NCBI GenBank assembly: GCA_028023455.1
Contig: JAQFVV010000006.1
Coordinates: forward strand, 20,336,001 to 20,400,000
From: Epiperipatus broadwayi
Lineage: Eukaryota; Animalia; Onychophora
Direction of reading: 5' to 3'
Length of the DNA stretch: 64,000 nucleotides
Under the pieces are notes generated by a model. That model saw only the letters and a program-made list of their open reading frames with translations. It made no database searches and was not told the origin of the DNA. Both the position numbers and the translations under genes were made by a program. Shown here piece by piece: positions 14,270-27,249 of this stretch; position 1 is the stretch's first letter, and each line of letters begins with the position of its first letter.

Positions 14270-14810
14270 TGGATTCAATTTTTTGCAGTGGGGTTAAAAT
14301 AAATGACAACTTTGATTGACTTTTTGTTAAGAATAACAAATTACGAAATACACCCCACCCCCACTCCCAAAAGCAGTTTATTGTAGAAGGCTAAAAAAAA
14401 AAAAGGTAATTTGAACGAAATAGAAATCAAAGTAAAAAGTGAGAAAAAGTTATTTCAAAAAAAGAAAAAAAAGGTTAAATTCTTGACATTTTGGTTACAA
14501 TTCTTTTTCCAAGTGTGGGTGGGGATGGGTGTTTGAAAACACTTTTTTAATCGGCAAAAACACAAAAGTAAATTTGGATTTAATATTAAGAAAAACAATT
14601 ACGTCAAACAAAAAGAAATCAAAATTCGAAACAAATCCCAAAGTTGATTCTTATCTTTTTTCAGCGCTGTTAAAATAATTGACTATTTTTGTTGCCTTTT
14701 TGTTAATAATAAACAGTATGAATTTCCCCCCCTCCCCCACTCAAAAAGCTGTTTCTTGTAGTAGCCAAAAAAAAAGGCTAATTCAAACATAATCTAAATC
14801 AAAGTGATAA
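14270..14810. repeat. Degenerate ~165-bp direct repeat pair (14270-14435, 14645-14810)
   Basis: Shared blocks: gttaaaataa.tgac, tttttgttaa, ccccactc..aaaagc.gttt.ttgtag, aaaaaaagg.taatt..aac, aaatcaaagt. Confidence 0.75.
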
Positions 14811-15418
14811 CAAGTTGTGTTTTAAAAAAAAAGTAAAATTAATAATAATAATAAGAAAAACCATTTAGTCAAGACAAAAAAAAAAATAAATAAAAGAAAG
14901 GTAGAATTAAGTTCTAAACAAGTCGCAAATAATTGTATTCTATTTTTTCAGCGGCGGAATTCAAACAAATTTTTTTGACGTCGTAAACGGACCGAAATTT
15001 TCAAATGATAAAAAGATAAAAAAAATACAATTAGCAAAATTTGTTGAAAAAAATATCAGGTTCCAACAAAAACCCACAAAAAGTAATGAAAATGAATATC
15101 AAAATTTGTTTAATAATAAGGAAATCATGTTGTAAATGAAATAAAAATTATTCGTTTAATCAATATTAGAAAAAAAAAGTCTTATTGTATAAAAAAAGAA
15201 AAAAGTTGCAGCGGCCTGGTAATGTTATATTTCATTGATTTTGTCTAGCATCAATGCTCCAAGTGGCTTTGCCTGGATTTCAGGCTTTTACCTTATAAAA
15301 TTTCAATAAAGATTTCTTAATTCTTCTTTTTATTTCATTTTTTTTATAGAAGACAACCTCAGCCTGCTCAAACATAAGTTTATAGCCTGTATTTATTTCA
15401 TGGATATATATATAATGC

Positions 15419-15479
<61 letters not shown>

Positions 15480-15559
15480 GCAGAACTAAGATCCTTATTT
15501 TTAATTCCGCCTTTCATTGCTGTTAATTTTTTAAAAAAGTTCTTTAGATATTAAAGGAG

Positions 15560-15708
15560 CCTCTGGAATATTGTCATCTAATAGTAATTGATAATTTCCT
15601 GCAACATCAAAAGGCAAAGAGTTATCTCTGTTTATATGGATATAATCTCTTTATTTCTATTCTTTATTAAATTAACAATCCATGAAAATATTTAATTCAA
15701 CATATATA
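15560..15708 (-). mobile_element. MITE family X, single arm
   Basis: Matches the right arm of palindromic copies at 49725-50169 and 58701-59030 (aacaatccatgaaaatatttaattcaacatata). Confidence 0.75.
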
Positions 15709-17374
15709 AATATATGACCAATTTGAAATATTTTTTATGCAAAAACAATTATTACAATTCAAAAAGTATGTGGAATTTGATTCAAAATAAAACACAGAAG
15801 AATGGATTGGCTGTGAAAAAGTTGCAAAAAAACCTATAGATTTAAAGTAAGATAAATAATACATATATACACACAAGAAGAATTTTACAGCATAGTAATC
15901 AACAAATCTATCTGCCATACTTATGATATGGAGTTCTAATCCAGATTAGGTAAAAACTTGGTTTGTTTTTTTCAGATTACAATCAAGATTAAAATTTTTT
16001 CCCAATATTTTGACCAATGGCTCACATGGCCATTAAACATTGTTCAATTAATGGATGCCTATCTATTTTTATCAACATCTGTAACTCACAAGTCCAGTAA
16101 GTAATGTCCCCTCCCCCAACCATTCTTTTAGAAAACTTTTTGGAAGTCTTGATTCTGAAAACATCTATTTAATGGTTATTTTATTTCTCTTTATATATAC
16201 ATCTGGCTGTAATATTTTTAAATATCATATAAATAAACGTGTGTGTGTATACACGTTATAGGCGTACAAAAATTGCATTTAAGAGCAGACATGTTATACT
16301 GTAAAAAATATTACTAACTTTTTGTTTAAAAAATAGATTTAATTAATGTAACTTAAATCTTTTAATTAATGCTTGTGGAATGTGATGGTTGAATTCAATA
16401 ATAAAAATAAAATCTAAAAATAAAAAATAATAATTGTAAGATCAAGAAGTATCTTATGATTTTTTCGGAGGTCAAACAATGTACAGGGGTTTATAGTATA
16501 AGTTGTTTTTTTTTCCTATTTTTTATAGTTGGGAATCTTTTGCTCTCTATGTAAGTACTCTTACTATTGAAGTAAATGCAATTAAGATTGTGATATTAAT
16601 AAAAAGACAAAAAAAAAAGAAGCTGAAAGAAATGGAGTAAAGCCAAACTGGAATAAGTGATGTTATTATAAATATTAAAAAAAAACTTAAAAAAGATGAT
16701 TGGCACATAGCTAAAAGAAGTAAAATCGATGACCCAGAGCAGTTCTTGCTAGGATATCAAGAGATAAAAAGCTTCTTAGGAAAAGATCTAATTTGGGGTG
16801 AAATGATGTAATCAAAATGTTTTTAGATGATGTTGCTTAACAGATAAACAATTGTGATAAAATATGGAAAAAGTGCTTTGACTTGCGATAAACTATTAAA
16901 GGTTGTTAATCTTTCATGTATATATAATTGTTTTATTTATAGCTTATAATATATTTTAAAATAAATTTTAGATTTTATAATCTAATCTTTGCTGAGAACA
17001 ATAAATTGATTACATAATTATATAAAAAATCTATTCTTTCATTAAAGTTTACTAAATTAAATTAATTACAGTTTTAATTATTTTGTTTTGAGATTTAGTG
17101 TCTTGCAGTGAAATAATTATTTTAATCGCGGCAGTGATATAATTGCTACTTTTAATTTGTATTTCGTAAAATCAAAGCAACAAAGAAAAATAATTATGTG
17201 TATTTTAATAAAAATTATATATATCACATAACAAAGTATGGAGAAATGTATATAGAAGCAAGAACGAGGAAGGTAAGTAAAAACAAGGATGAGAAAACAA
17301 TTACTGACATTATTAAAAAAAATAAAATAGAGATTAATATAGATACACAATTAAAATCGTAAACTGGATTTTAA

Positions 17375-17520
17375 ATAAATGTAATAGATCTTGAGATAGA
17401 CCACATGTGAAATGGTTTGATTAAATATGGAAATTTACTGAAGACCTTTGAAAAAGAAAGCTAAGCATCAGAAAATGTGAGCTTGACTTGGAAAAACCTT
17501 CATTTGGCAGTGGATTAATA
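17375..17520 (+). mobile_element. RTE-like LINE 3' remnant
   Basis: RS*DRPHVKWFD*IWKF...RK, decayed RSRGRP..RW.D.I motif. Confidence 0.45.
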
Positions 17521-17799
17521 ATATTTAAAAATTATTTCTCTCAATGATATTAATAGCTTGGTGTTCAAATTCTTTACAATCTTGGTTAAGACTTCAATTA
17601 TTAAAAACTAATTGTTTATTTTTTAAAAAATAAAGACATATTTAAAAATTAAAGTATCTTGATCTATACTGCTAGTTATCTATAAAGATAGATTTTCATA
17701 TTAAAAATAATAGCATGATTATTAAATAAGTTGATATTGACTTCTATCAATTACATGGACAATACTCCTTTAGAATGACCTATCATCTATTTTCTTTTT

Positions 17800-18060
17800 T
17801 TACTCTTTTCAATGGCTATTTAATATTTTTGATAATATTTATGATCTTATTGCTAGATGTTCTCTTTTTCTGTCATCTTCAATCTTATTGAGCATTATAC
17901 CTTTGAATTAGGCTGTTTGTATGTCCAAACACTAATTATTTCAACTGATTATTTGTGCTTCAAATAGATTCCAATCCAACCTGACTGAAGATTTACTTTC
18001 TTCAAAGTCTTCATTGCAGTTCACTTTCACATACCTGGAGAGTTATAGAAACTTCCTCAT
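17800..18060 (-). mobile_element. RTE-like LINE C-terminal remnant
   Basis: FGHTNS and KGIMLNKIEDDRKREH resemble FGH..R...K.IMLGKIEG.RKRGRP. Confidence 0.5.
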
Positions 18061-18224
18061 GTGGAACAGTTTTGACCTTCATTCTTAAAGATATGTTCTA
18101 CTATTTTAACATCATATATTATAAGCATGAATAATCAGTGCTTTATCATATGGTGATCCATTTTCAAACTGATTTTTGCCTTTATCAATGTATTGCTTTC
18201 AGGTTGAATCCTAAGTTTTCAGTG

Positions 18225-18430
18225 ATAAAGATAAAAATAAGATTATATCCATGTAAACAGAGATAACTTTTAGCTTTTGATGTTACCAAAATACTATCAA
18301 TTATTGACAATCATTGAGACTAAACAAAAATGTCTTCATAGCTCTCTCTTATTGGAGTTTTTTGTTGAAGTAAAAAGAGGCCCTCTTTTACTTTACACCC
18401 AAGTTCTTAAATGGATTTAAACTCAGAAAA
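18225..18430 (+). mobile_element. MITE family X, partial copy
   Basis: gattatatccatgtaaacagagataa...tgatgttaccaa...ttgacaat...gagactaaaca matches the left arm at 58701-58900. Confidence 0.75.
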
Positions 18431-18649
18431 CTTCATTGATATTAATTACTTACATTAAAGTACAATATTTTATAATTGGCCTATATAATTTATTATAAAA
18501 TAGTTATTAATCATCATTTTCAATCATAATCAGGAAAGGTCTACAAATGTAATCCACTTTTTTGAACTGTGTTTTTTCTCTATATTATATAAAACAAATC
18601 TTTTTATATTATCAACATCCACACATGGTTTATCCAGATCTTTCAATAC

Positions 18650-18900
18650 CATAAAGAATTTATTGAAAGGTTTTAGTTTGTCTATTTATTAATCACATCT
18701 TCTATCATGTCCAGTCTAGCTCCCTTTGGCTTCTTAGTTCTTTCAATTATGTTACTGGTACATATTTGTTCTCATCCATGAATTTTACTTCCAATCTTTT
18801 CTTGTTCTCAACATACATTTCTCCATTCATAGTGGTCTGAATTTTGAGAATTACTTCTGTATTAAGCATCAATGTCTCTGAGTTACAAATAAGCTTTGAT
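18650..18900 (-). mobile_element. RTE-like LINE remnant downstream of RT
   Basis: SETLMLNTEVILKIQT..EM resembles (YG)SETWTL....KI..FEM. Confidence 0.4.
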
Positions 18901-20333
18901 AAAATATATTTAAAAAAAAAAACTTTTTTTCCCTAGTATTTAATATGTTTGTTTTTAGTATAAAATTAGTTCTGCTGAAAACACTACATTCAATTTTAAT
19001 TCTATAACTATGATAATATTAGCCATTTGTATTAATAATGTGACCAAGATTGATGATTCATCTAATTTACTACTCTCCCAGGGGATAATATGACATTTGG
19101 GTGTCGGAAGTGATAGGGTTGAGCTGTAATCCATGAATATGGCTATTATCAATCAGTGAATATTAAATGCACCAACAGACTGTATGATTACGCGCAGAGA
19201 CAAACTTTTTTGCAACTGAACTTTAAATGGGATATTTTAAATGATTCATAATTTATTGTCACTGACGTGTTTAAAAATATCACAAGTTTTGTAGCTGTTC
19301 AAATTTTATTACAGATAACTTTGATATCATTAATAAAAAAACTTCACATTTAATAGAAAATTGATTGATTATTGTCCATATTTATGTAATCAGAAATTAA
19401 TTTTAAATTGTAATGTCCATTTTTATATTTGAAGTGCAAATAATGACCCTTGGAAATGGACATGTCCAAAAGCAATATAAAACTTAAGATTTCAAGACGA
19501 TAATCTTTTATGAAAATTCATAAACAAATTTTTTTGCACATTAGCACATTCTATTTTAAATTGTTATTTTTAAAGATTTAGTGGAAGCATTCGTACTATC
19601 ATCTTTAGTATAAAATTTATATTCCCCAGTTTAAAAAAAATATTATTTATATTGACAGATATAAAAACTCTATATCTACAAACTGATTTTTTTTTCTCCT
19701 TTTTTTTTTTTAAGAAAAAAAAAAACATATAAAATCATTTTAGTGTGATTCTGGATTTTATGTATCCTAGAAACAAGATGGTTTTATAAAAAAATATTTT
19801 TCAATCAATTTCGCTGACTTTTATTACTGCAAAAAATATTGATTTTTTAACTCTTATGGTGTAAGAATTTTAACCGTTATGAGTTTTGTAATTTATAATA
19901 ACACTTCTCTGAATGATTCTTAAAAAAAGATCTTTCAAAACAAATATTTATATAAATTCTTCAAATTTTATTCTTATATAATTAAAATAATTTATTTCAA
20001 AGTAAAATAAATATCGCAAAAGCTCATTTACAACTTTCAGGTTAACACTCAATCTAATGTTGAGTCTTCTAAAATGTTTCAGGATAATAAGACCTATCAA
20101 ACATTAGTCTCTTGCAATTTCCTAAAATAATGGCATGATGGATTTAATAGATAACTGTTTCTAGAGGGAATTTTAATCCTTTAAGTTAAACAAACAAACA
20201 AACAAACAAAAACAACAAAACAAAAACGTAACTATTGTGCTAAAATAAACACATGATTTTTTTGATCAGCAATTCTTACAATAGCTAATTTAAACAACTA
20301 AATATTCATTTGGCATGAATAGTTTATGTCAAA

Positions 20334-20774
<441 letters not shown>

Positions 20775-21842
20775 GTCTGTATTTGATTGTTCATCTATAC
20801 ATCTCTCTATATGTCTGTCTAGCTATCTATTTATTTATAGCTCTATCTATTTTCTTATCTGTTTGACTGTCTACTGAAATTTTTAACTATCCATCTATTT
20901 ATCTCTCAATCAAACTTTGTCTGTTAGTCTATCTACTTATCCACCAATCAGTCTATCTATCTATATTAACTATTAAAGGATTTCTCTGCAGTTTTGCACA
21001 AAGATAGAATAAGAGACATGAGAATTAAAAATTCTCACAAGAAAGCTCAAATTTCAGTATTTAAACATCACAAAACCTCAGGAGAAACTAATCATTTAAT
21101 TATTATTTATAGTAATTAGAAATAATATGGAGCCTTTCCAATAATATATGTATATATTATGCACAATATACTTTTGTTAAAAAAATATTCATGAGTTATA
21201 TGTATACATGTAGAAATAATTTATTTTTAAAATGTGATATGCATTTTAATTCTTTTTTTTTATTGTGAAAAATTAATAAAATTATTCTTAATAGCATTGC
21301 AAAATATGATAAAAATTTTGATTGATTTTTAAAACCTAGTTTGTAAACTAATTTTCAACATCTGAATTAGAAGTGTAATTCACTTTATTTCTTCTACTGC
21401 AGAGCCATCTATTGTAAGCTTGAGTAATCAATGAAAAATAGAAATCAATGCTATATTTAATCCAGAGACTAGTTCGATGTGAATGGAGGGTTTTCCATGG
21501 CAAGCACTGAATTTGCAACATGCATCTAACAGCCTTGGCTTCTTTTATATTAATCTGAGATTCAAACACTGTCTAAAATATGGCTTTGAAGTAGATTATA
21601 GCAAATATCATTATATTAGTGGTAATTATATGTTGGATTATTTTCATCCTATAATATTAATTGTTAAAGGGTTTTAGAAAAAAATCAAAATTTTTTAAGG
21701 TTTTCAAATACATAATTGTTAATAATAGTGTAGCAGTTGATCTTAGCCCAAGATTGAGTTTCACTGTTCTACCACTAACCCATGTTTCATCCTGTTTTTT
21801 TTTCATCACATGTATATAAACTATATGTATATTTCTGAGAAG

Positions 21843-22020
21843 CATGATTGCTGGTTTAGCATGAAATACATATATTGGTGATTATTTATCTTTTCAACAT
21901 ATGTGTGTTCAAGTGTATCAGTGTTATAAGATAGTGTGGAGAGTGGTGGGGCATGTGAAAGTCTGTGCTCATACCCTGTCTATTACATATATAGACACAG
22001 GAATATATAAGCCTGTGTAT
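21843..22020 (+). mobile_element. Hammerhead-motif repeat family, copy B (decayed)
   Basis: catgat-tgct-ggttt-agca-t-GAAA-t-acat-a-ta-ttggt (21843-21879), then ~140 bp colinear with 35365-35500. Confidence 0.65.
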
Positions 22021-22505
22021 TTCAGCTATTAATTTTAAATATTAACTTTTATGGATGCGACCCAGATATATACATATATTAATGGAGCTTTTATATAGAT
22101 AAAAGCACAAACAAATCTTGTAAATAATTTTGTATTTTTTTTTGACTACATGTTATTTATTTTATAAATATTTCTTCTTCATATAATTACACAAATATTC
22201 AAGATGGAAGATGCAGTCATTATCTGTCCGAGAGTAATTAAAGGGGTGGGATTGATGATTTTAAAAAAAAAATTTTAATTAAAGTTAATGAAAGTAAAAT
22301 TTAAAACAAAGCTAATTGATTTAATGAGCTGTTAACATTTTTATCAAATCTATTTCCAATCTGGAAATTGATTTGAATTTATTTTTGGACAGTTATCTTG
22401 TGATTGCATCTCCAATAACAAAAGACAGAATATTTCTGTAAATTAAAGATTAATTAGGAGTTAAGAAGTTTAATTAAAAACATTCTTTGCATAACTGAAA
22501 ACTGG

Positions 22506-22538
22506 TATAAATAGGCCCAACAATCTATTGTGTCAGTG
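22506..22538 (+). promoter_or_regulatory. Candidate TATA + initiator core promoter 2 (TSS ~22535)
   Basis: TATAAATA at 22506 and TCAGTG with A at 22535 (29-nt offset); 25/33 ungapped identity to promoter 1. Confidence 0.55.
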
Positions 22539-22760
22539 TTGGGTCAATAGTCGCTAGTCGACTCCATGTCTGTTTAATTTTTGAGAGGTCTCAGCTGCCT
22601 TCCCCTCCATCTTCAGCTCCACTCTTCACCGTGCAAAGATGTAGCTCCTACTGCTCAAGTGTTCCCATGCTGTCAAAGAACTGCCAAGGCCAAGAGACAT
22701 GTTAAAGAATGCCGCCTGCCACAGAAGACTCGTGCCTACTTTATTCCATACAATCCTGAG
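22535..22760 (+). other. Candidate first exon, GC-rich, possibly with a coding start
   Basis: Markedly higher GC than the flanks; ends at GAG|GTAACA. ATG at 22699 reads MLKNAACHRRLVPTLFHTIL open into the donor. Product not recognised. Confidence 0.4.
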
Positions 22761-25099
22761 GTAACAAGTCTAAAGCCATTACAATTGTTTTCCATGAATC
22801 CTATCTCTTTAAATTAAAGTTTTCTGTATATTTAATCTACTTTAACTCACTCATTGGTGAGTATGTTAAAACTAATAATTATTTTATTAGTATTGACCCT
22901 CTATAACCTAATCTAATCTTGTTATAAAACTTTTCATCCAACTCACACTTCTTCTTATCCTTATAATTTAGTGCGGTTATAATTTATTTTTTAATAATAT
23001 TTTTATATTTTTTACTAAATGCCAATCAAATCCAGTCTTACGAACTTAGAAGGAGGGGGGGTTAATGAGTTCTTGTTAGTTATTTCTAAATAGCTCATAA
23101 GATTGAGTTTGTATTTTAAACAAATATGTGATTTTTAAAAAAATATTTTGTCGTAAATTTATACAAAATGGATAAATACTTTGCAATCTATGGATGGATA
23201 TTGGTGTCTGTTAATTTTATTAATTTCTTATTGATCATCATTGCCAAAAGGCTGGCGACTTAAATCTATTTTGTTATTTGTGTGAATTTTAGTTTTTTTT
23301 TATATGTTAAACAAAATAGTGATTCAAGAAGGGGAAATGCATGCTTCATTAATTATATCTTAACTTCTGATAAGTGACTTTATCTTACATGGGTTATTAT
23401 TTTAACATGTCATTACATAATTGTTAAACAATTTAAGGCTTTATTTACTATTTAAATCCACTGTTTTTATAGTCTTATAATAGCATTGCTGGTATATGTC
23501 AGAAATTATTAATAAGCCACATATGGCTCTGATCTGAGTCAACTGTACCTCATTCCAGGGATTCACGATCATCTTAGTTTGTCATCCTTCTCCTCAAAGT
23601 ATATATTTATATACTGTTTTGATTCGCCTGTACCTCACCCCAGGGATTGGAAGCCTTCCATCTCTTTTTAGTGTTCTCATTCATAACAAGTCTAAGTCTA
23701 CTTCTGGAACAAATCGGTCAGTGTAGTTGAAGCTCTGCATGGACTTACTATAAACTGGATCCATAGCAACTTCCTACCTTTCCTCTTTCGGTACCGCTTT
23801 AGCATGAAGCTGGTGTACCACTTTAATAATTGGAGAATGACCTTTTGTTGGCCATAGCTGCCATTTTTCTCTCTCTCACTGACAATGCTAGCACCACAAT
23901 TTCCTATGTTTCATATTTTAGCCTGTATGATATGTGATAATGAAACATTTTTCTCTTTGTAATATTTTTCGTTGGAGTTTTAAATCCAACCTCTCATGAA
24001 GCTGACCTCCCCTTCTTGAAATAAGCAATTCCCATAATTATAGAGTTTCACAATATTCGATTGCTAAATGTCGAAAATGTAAAATAAATAATGTATTTAG
24101 TCTACTTACTGATCAAAATGTATCTTTATTTTTATTGTTACAAACAAAGTCGAGAAATGAAAATAAACTTATGTATGAAATGGTTATTTGAGTGATTTTA
24201 GAACAACTATTAAAATGAAATACAAAGCATGTTTATAATGAAGCTTGAATTGGAATCTAAGATATAGATTAGATAAGTAAATACTCTAACCATGATACCA
24301 TGTAGTTAATACAATGACTACACACACACAAACACACACAATTGGATCATTTGTTATTTCAGATGCTACATAATAGTCAAACACTATGATCCAGAGAGCT
24401 TTAGCTCTTCAGTTTTCCACTTTACCAGTCCACTAAACATGTAGGGTAAAAATATTAAACTTGCTAAATAGTTTTAATAATATTTTAAAATAATACATTT
24501 AATTTTTACATTGCTTTTTTTTAAATATTATCAGTAGTTAAGTATGGTCACCCTAATTCCAGAACAACAGAAAGAGACAATAACGAACAAAAAGATGAAT
24601 ATAGGTTTTTCAATGATTATATAAATCTATGTCCATAAATCTGCTTATTAACATATTGTGATTCAGTTTTCTGACAAATTTTGCCACTTATTTAATTATA
24701 GCCTTCTATTGTACTGTATTTTTATCTATATTTTTACACAAATTTTTATCCAAAAAGCTATTAAATGCCATGTTTTAATTTATAATTGAAATAATCTTTC
24801 TAACATAAAGTATAGAAAATACCTTAATGTGTTTTTTAATAAAAAAATTGATTTGATTTTTATGGAATAGAAAAATTAAAGTTTACTTATTTATCAGAAA
24901 TCTTTGAAGTTTATTTATATCTTTTTTTATAATATTAATTTACATTAGCATATACATAAAAGTAATAAAGTTAAAAAATAGATCAAAACAAATCATCATC
25001 ATCAACTCAATTTAAAAATGGAATCACAAGAAGAACTCCAATGTCCTATATATTTTACAATTTTAGGTACTTAAAACATATCACAAATATTCATTACTA

Positions 25100-25345
25100 A
25101 TGACTTATGTAATCTGGTAATTTCATCCCATTGGAGAGTGATTTCATACAAGTGGTCTTCCACTTTTTCTCTCGACATTTTTCTATAGTTTTGGTTCTCC
25201 TCACCATGTGGCCAAAATAAATCAATAATTCAAATCTTTTGTTGATTAAATTTTCCTAAAATAGGCAGGTTAGTCATGTGGGTAGTAGACAGAATTAGAA
25301 GCTTCCTCTGATGCATTTGAAATGTGTCTATTTTTTGACCATCAA
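25100..25345 (-). mobile_element. RTE/BovB-like LINE C-terminal fragment
   Basis: KIDTFQM..RKLLI...HMTN..IL, YFGHMVRR and RKSGRP match RTE KIDAFEM..RR.L.I.W..H.TN..IL / YFGH..RR / RGRP. Confidence 0.75.
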
Positions 25346-25584
25346 CCTTTTTTGGAGAAAAATAGGCAGTCGATTAGTTTTAAGTTCATGATTTTTGAAA
25401 TATTTATATTGTAACATTTGGCTTTGGCCAAAGCTAGCTGAGTTCATGACAGATACACTTTTCACTAAAAAAATTTTTTTTTTCTCACAGAAAAAATTTA
25501 GTGAATTAAATTATTCAAAAATAACAGTAGTTTAGACTAATCAGAGATAGACATGTTATGTAGGAAGAAATCATAACTCTAGAT

Positions 25585-25997
25585 CAGGGGTCTTCTATCT
25601 TTTCACACTTGTGGACCGGCAAAAATAAGAATAAGATTTTACGGACCGGCAGAAGTCTACAGATAAATGTTCTTAAAGATTTAAACTGCTTAGCCTTAGA
25701 TGAGCATATTTGTCATAACTGACCAAAACAACACATTAGTTACTGTGTAGTGTAATTGTGTTGCTTAGCTTCATATGCTGAACACTCTTTCTTGAGTTGT
25801 GCAGTCATACTGCTACAGAAAACAGTACATTCTCATTAATGTGCCTGCATTGCTACATTTATTATTTCATTGTTAAAACATGCAAAAATAAAATGTTATT
25901 CACTTGAATATTGGGAAATATCGCAGCTAGTGTAATTACATGGCAATGATTATGATAAATGTAATATCTGTATTAAATGTTAAATATACAAGATGAA

Positions 25998-26035
<38 letters not shown>

Positions 26036-26050
26036 TTATTATACAAAGTC

Positions 26051-26084
<34 letters not shown>

Positions 26085-26751
26085 GGACTTTGTATAATAA
26101 AAAACTTTTTTTTTTTTAAATTTTGAATCTGGTGTTATTTTAATCTCATTTTTTCCCAGTTAAAAAAAAAGAAACAATGAAAAGTTGTTTTGGTAAAGTG
26201 TCACATAGAAATAAAACAATCATTATAAAGATGTCATTTTGCTAAAAAAAATATAATAGATTTCTGTTCTCGATGAAGGGAAATTCATCAACAATGATCT
26301 GTCTCCATTTTGTAAAGTTTACAATTTCAAAAAGAAATGTCACATACAAAATAAAAAGATGAAATGCAATAAAATTTTTTGCTATATGTGACCAATAAAT
26401 GAGTTGATGCAATAGAGAAATGCAGGCTAGGTATAAAAATTGACATGTAAGGAATGATGCAATTATCATGAGATTGATGCTTTGTTTTTAAAGATTGCAT
26501 TTTCAGATAAATTCCTTTGATTATTATTTAGTACTTATAATATTATCTAATAATTTAAATAAAAGTTTGATTTATAATTAATTTTCTTTAAGCAATTGTG
26601 ATGAAAAAATGAATAAAAATTGTTTATATTAATTAAAAGTTTAAAATCTTATTATTTTGTTATTACAAACTTTTCTGCCAGTCTAGTGTGGGCTGGCAGA
26701 AAGCTTTTGCAGATCAGCACTGGTCCATGGACCAAGGGTTGAAAACCACTG
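25585..26751. mobile_element. Non-autonomous hAT (Charlie-like) element
   Basis: TIRs caggggtcttc... and ...ggttgaaaaccactg; subterminal ggaccggca motifs; left target ctctagat fits the Charlie NTCTAGAN preference (right 8-mer only 4/8 identical). Confidence 0.75.
26036..26100. repeat. TA-centred palindrome with 15-bp perfect arms
   Basis: ttattatacaaagtc, TA tract, gactttgtataataa. Confidence 0.9.
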
Positions 26752-27009
26752 ATGTATAAGTTGGATTTAAATGTGTAAAAGCAATTTAGAGTTTAACACA
26801 CAGTAAATTTAAAAGTGTTTTAACTGTTGAGATTGAGGGTTGTATCTGCAAAAATAGAAGGAGGCTAAGTGTTAAGATTGACAAGTAATATTTATTTCAT
26901 AAACTAACACAGATAATTAAAAAGGATTGATATCAGTTTATATCATAAATTTTAGCTTGCTAATAGTCATGTACAATTCAGTAATCAATTTATATAATCA
27001 AATCTGTAA

Positions 27010-27249
27010 TTATAAATTTATTAAACGCTCACTATTATTTCAGTAATAGTTTTAACAAGGCTGTAAACCTTAGCAATGAGCATCTGAAAAAATCGTCACT
27101 AGGGACCTCTGTAGGTCTTTAAAACACATGCTTACGCTATGAAGAAAAGTCTTCATAGCGTAAGCATGTGTTTTAAAGACCTACAGAGGTCCCTAGTGAT
27201 GATTTTTTCAGATGCTCATTGCTAAGGTTTACAGCCTTGTTAAAACTAT
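27010..27249. mobile_element. 140-bp repeat unit plus inverted copy (100-bp-arm fold-back) between 17-bp direct repeats
   Basis: Arms 27046-27145 and 27150-27249 are 99/100 complementary, loop aaag; tataatcaaatct(g/a)taa at 26993-27009 and 27247-27263. Confidence 0.9.
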
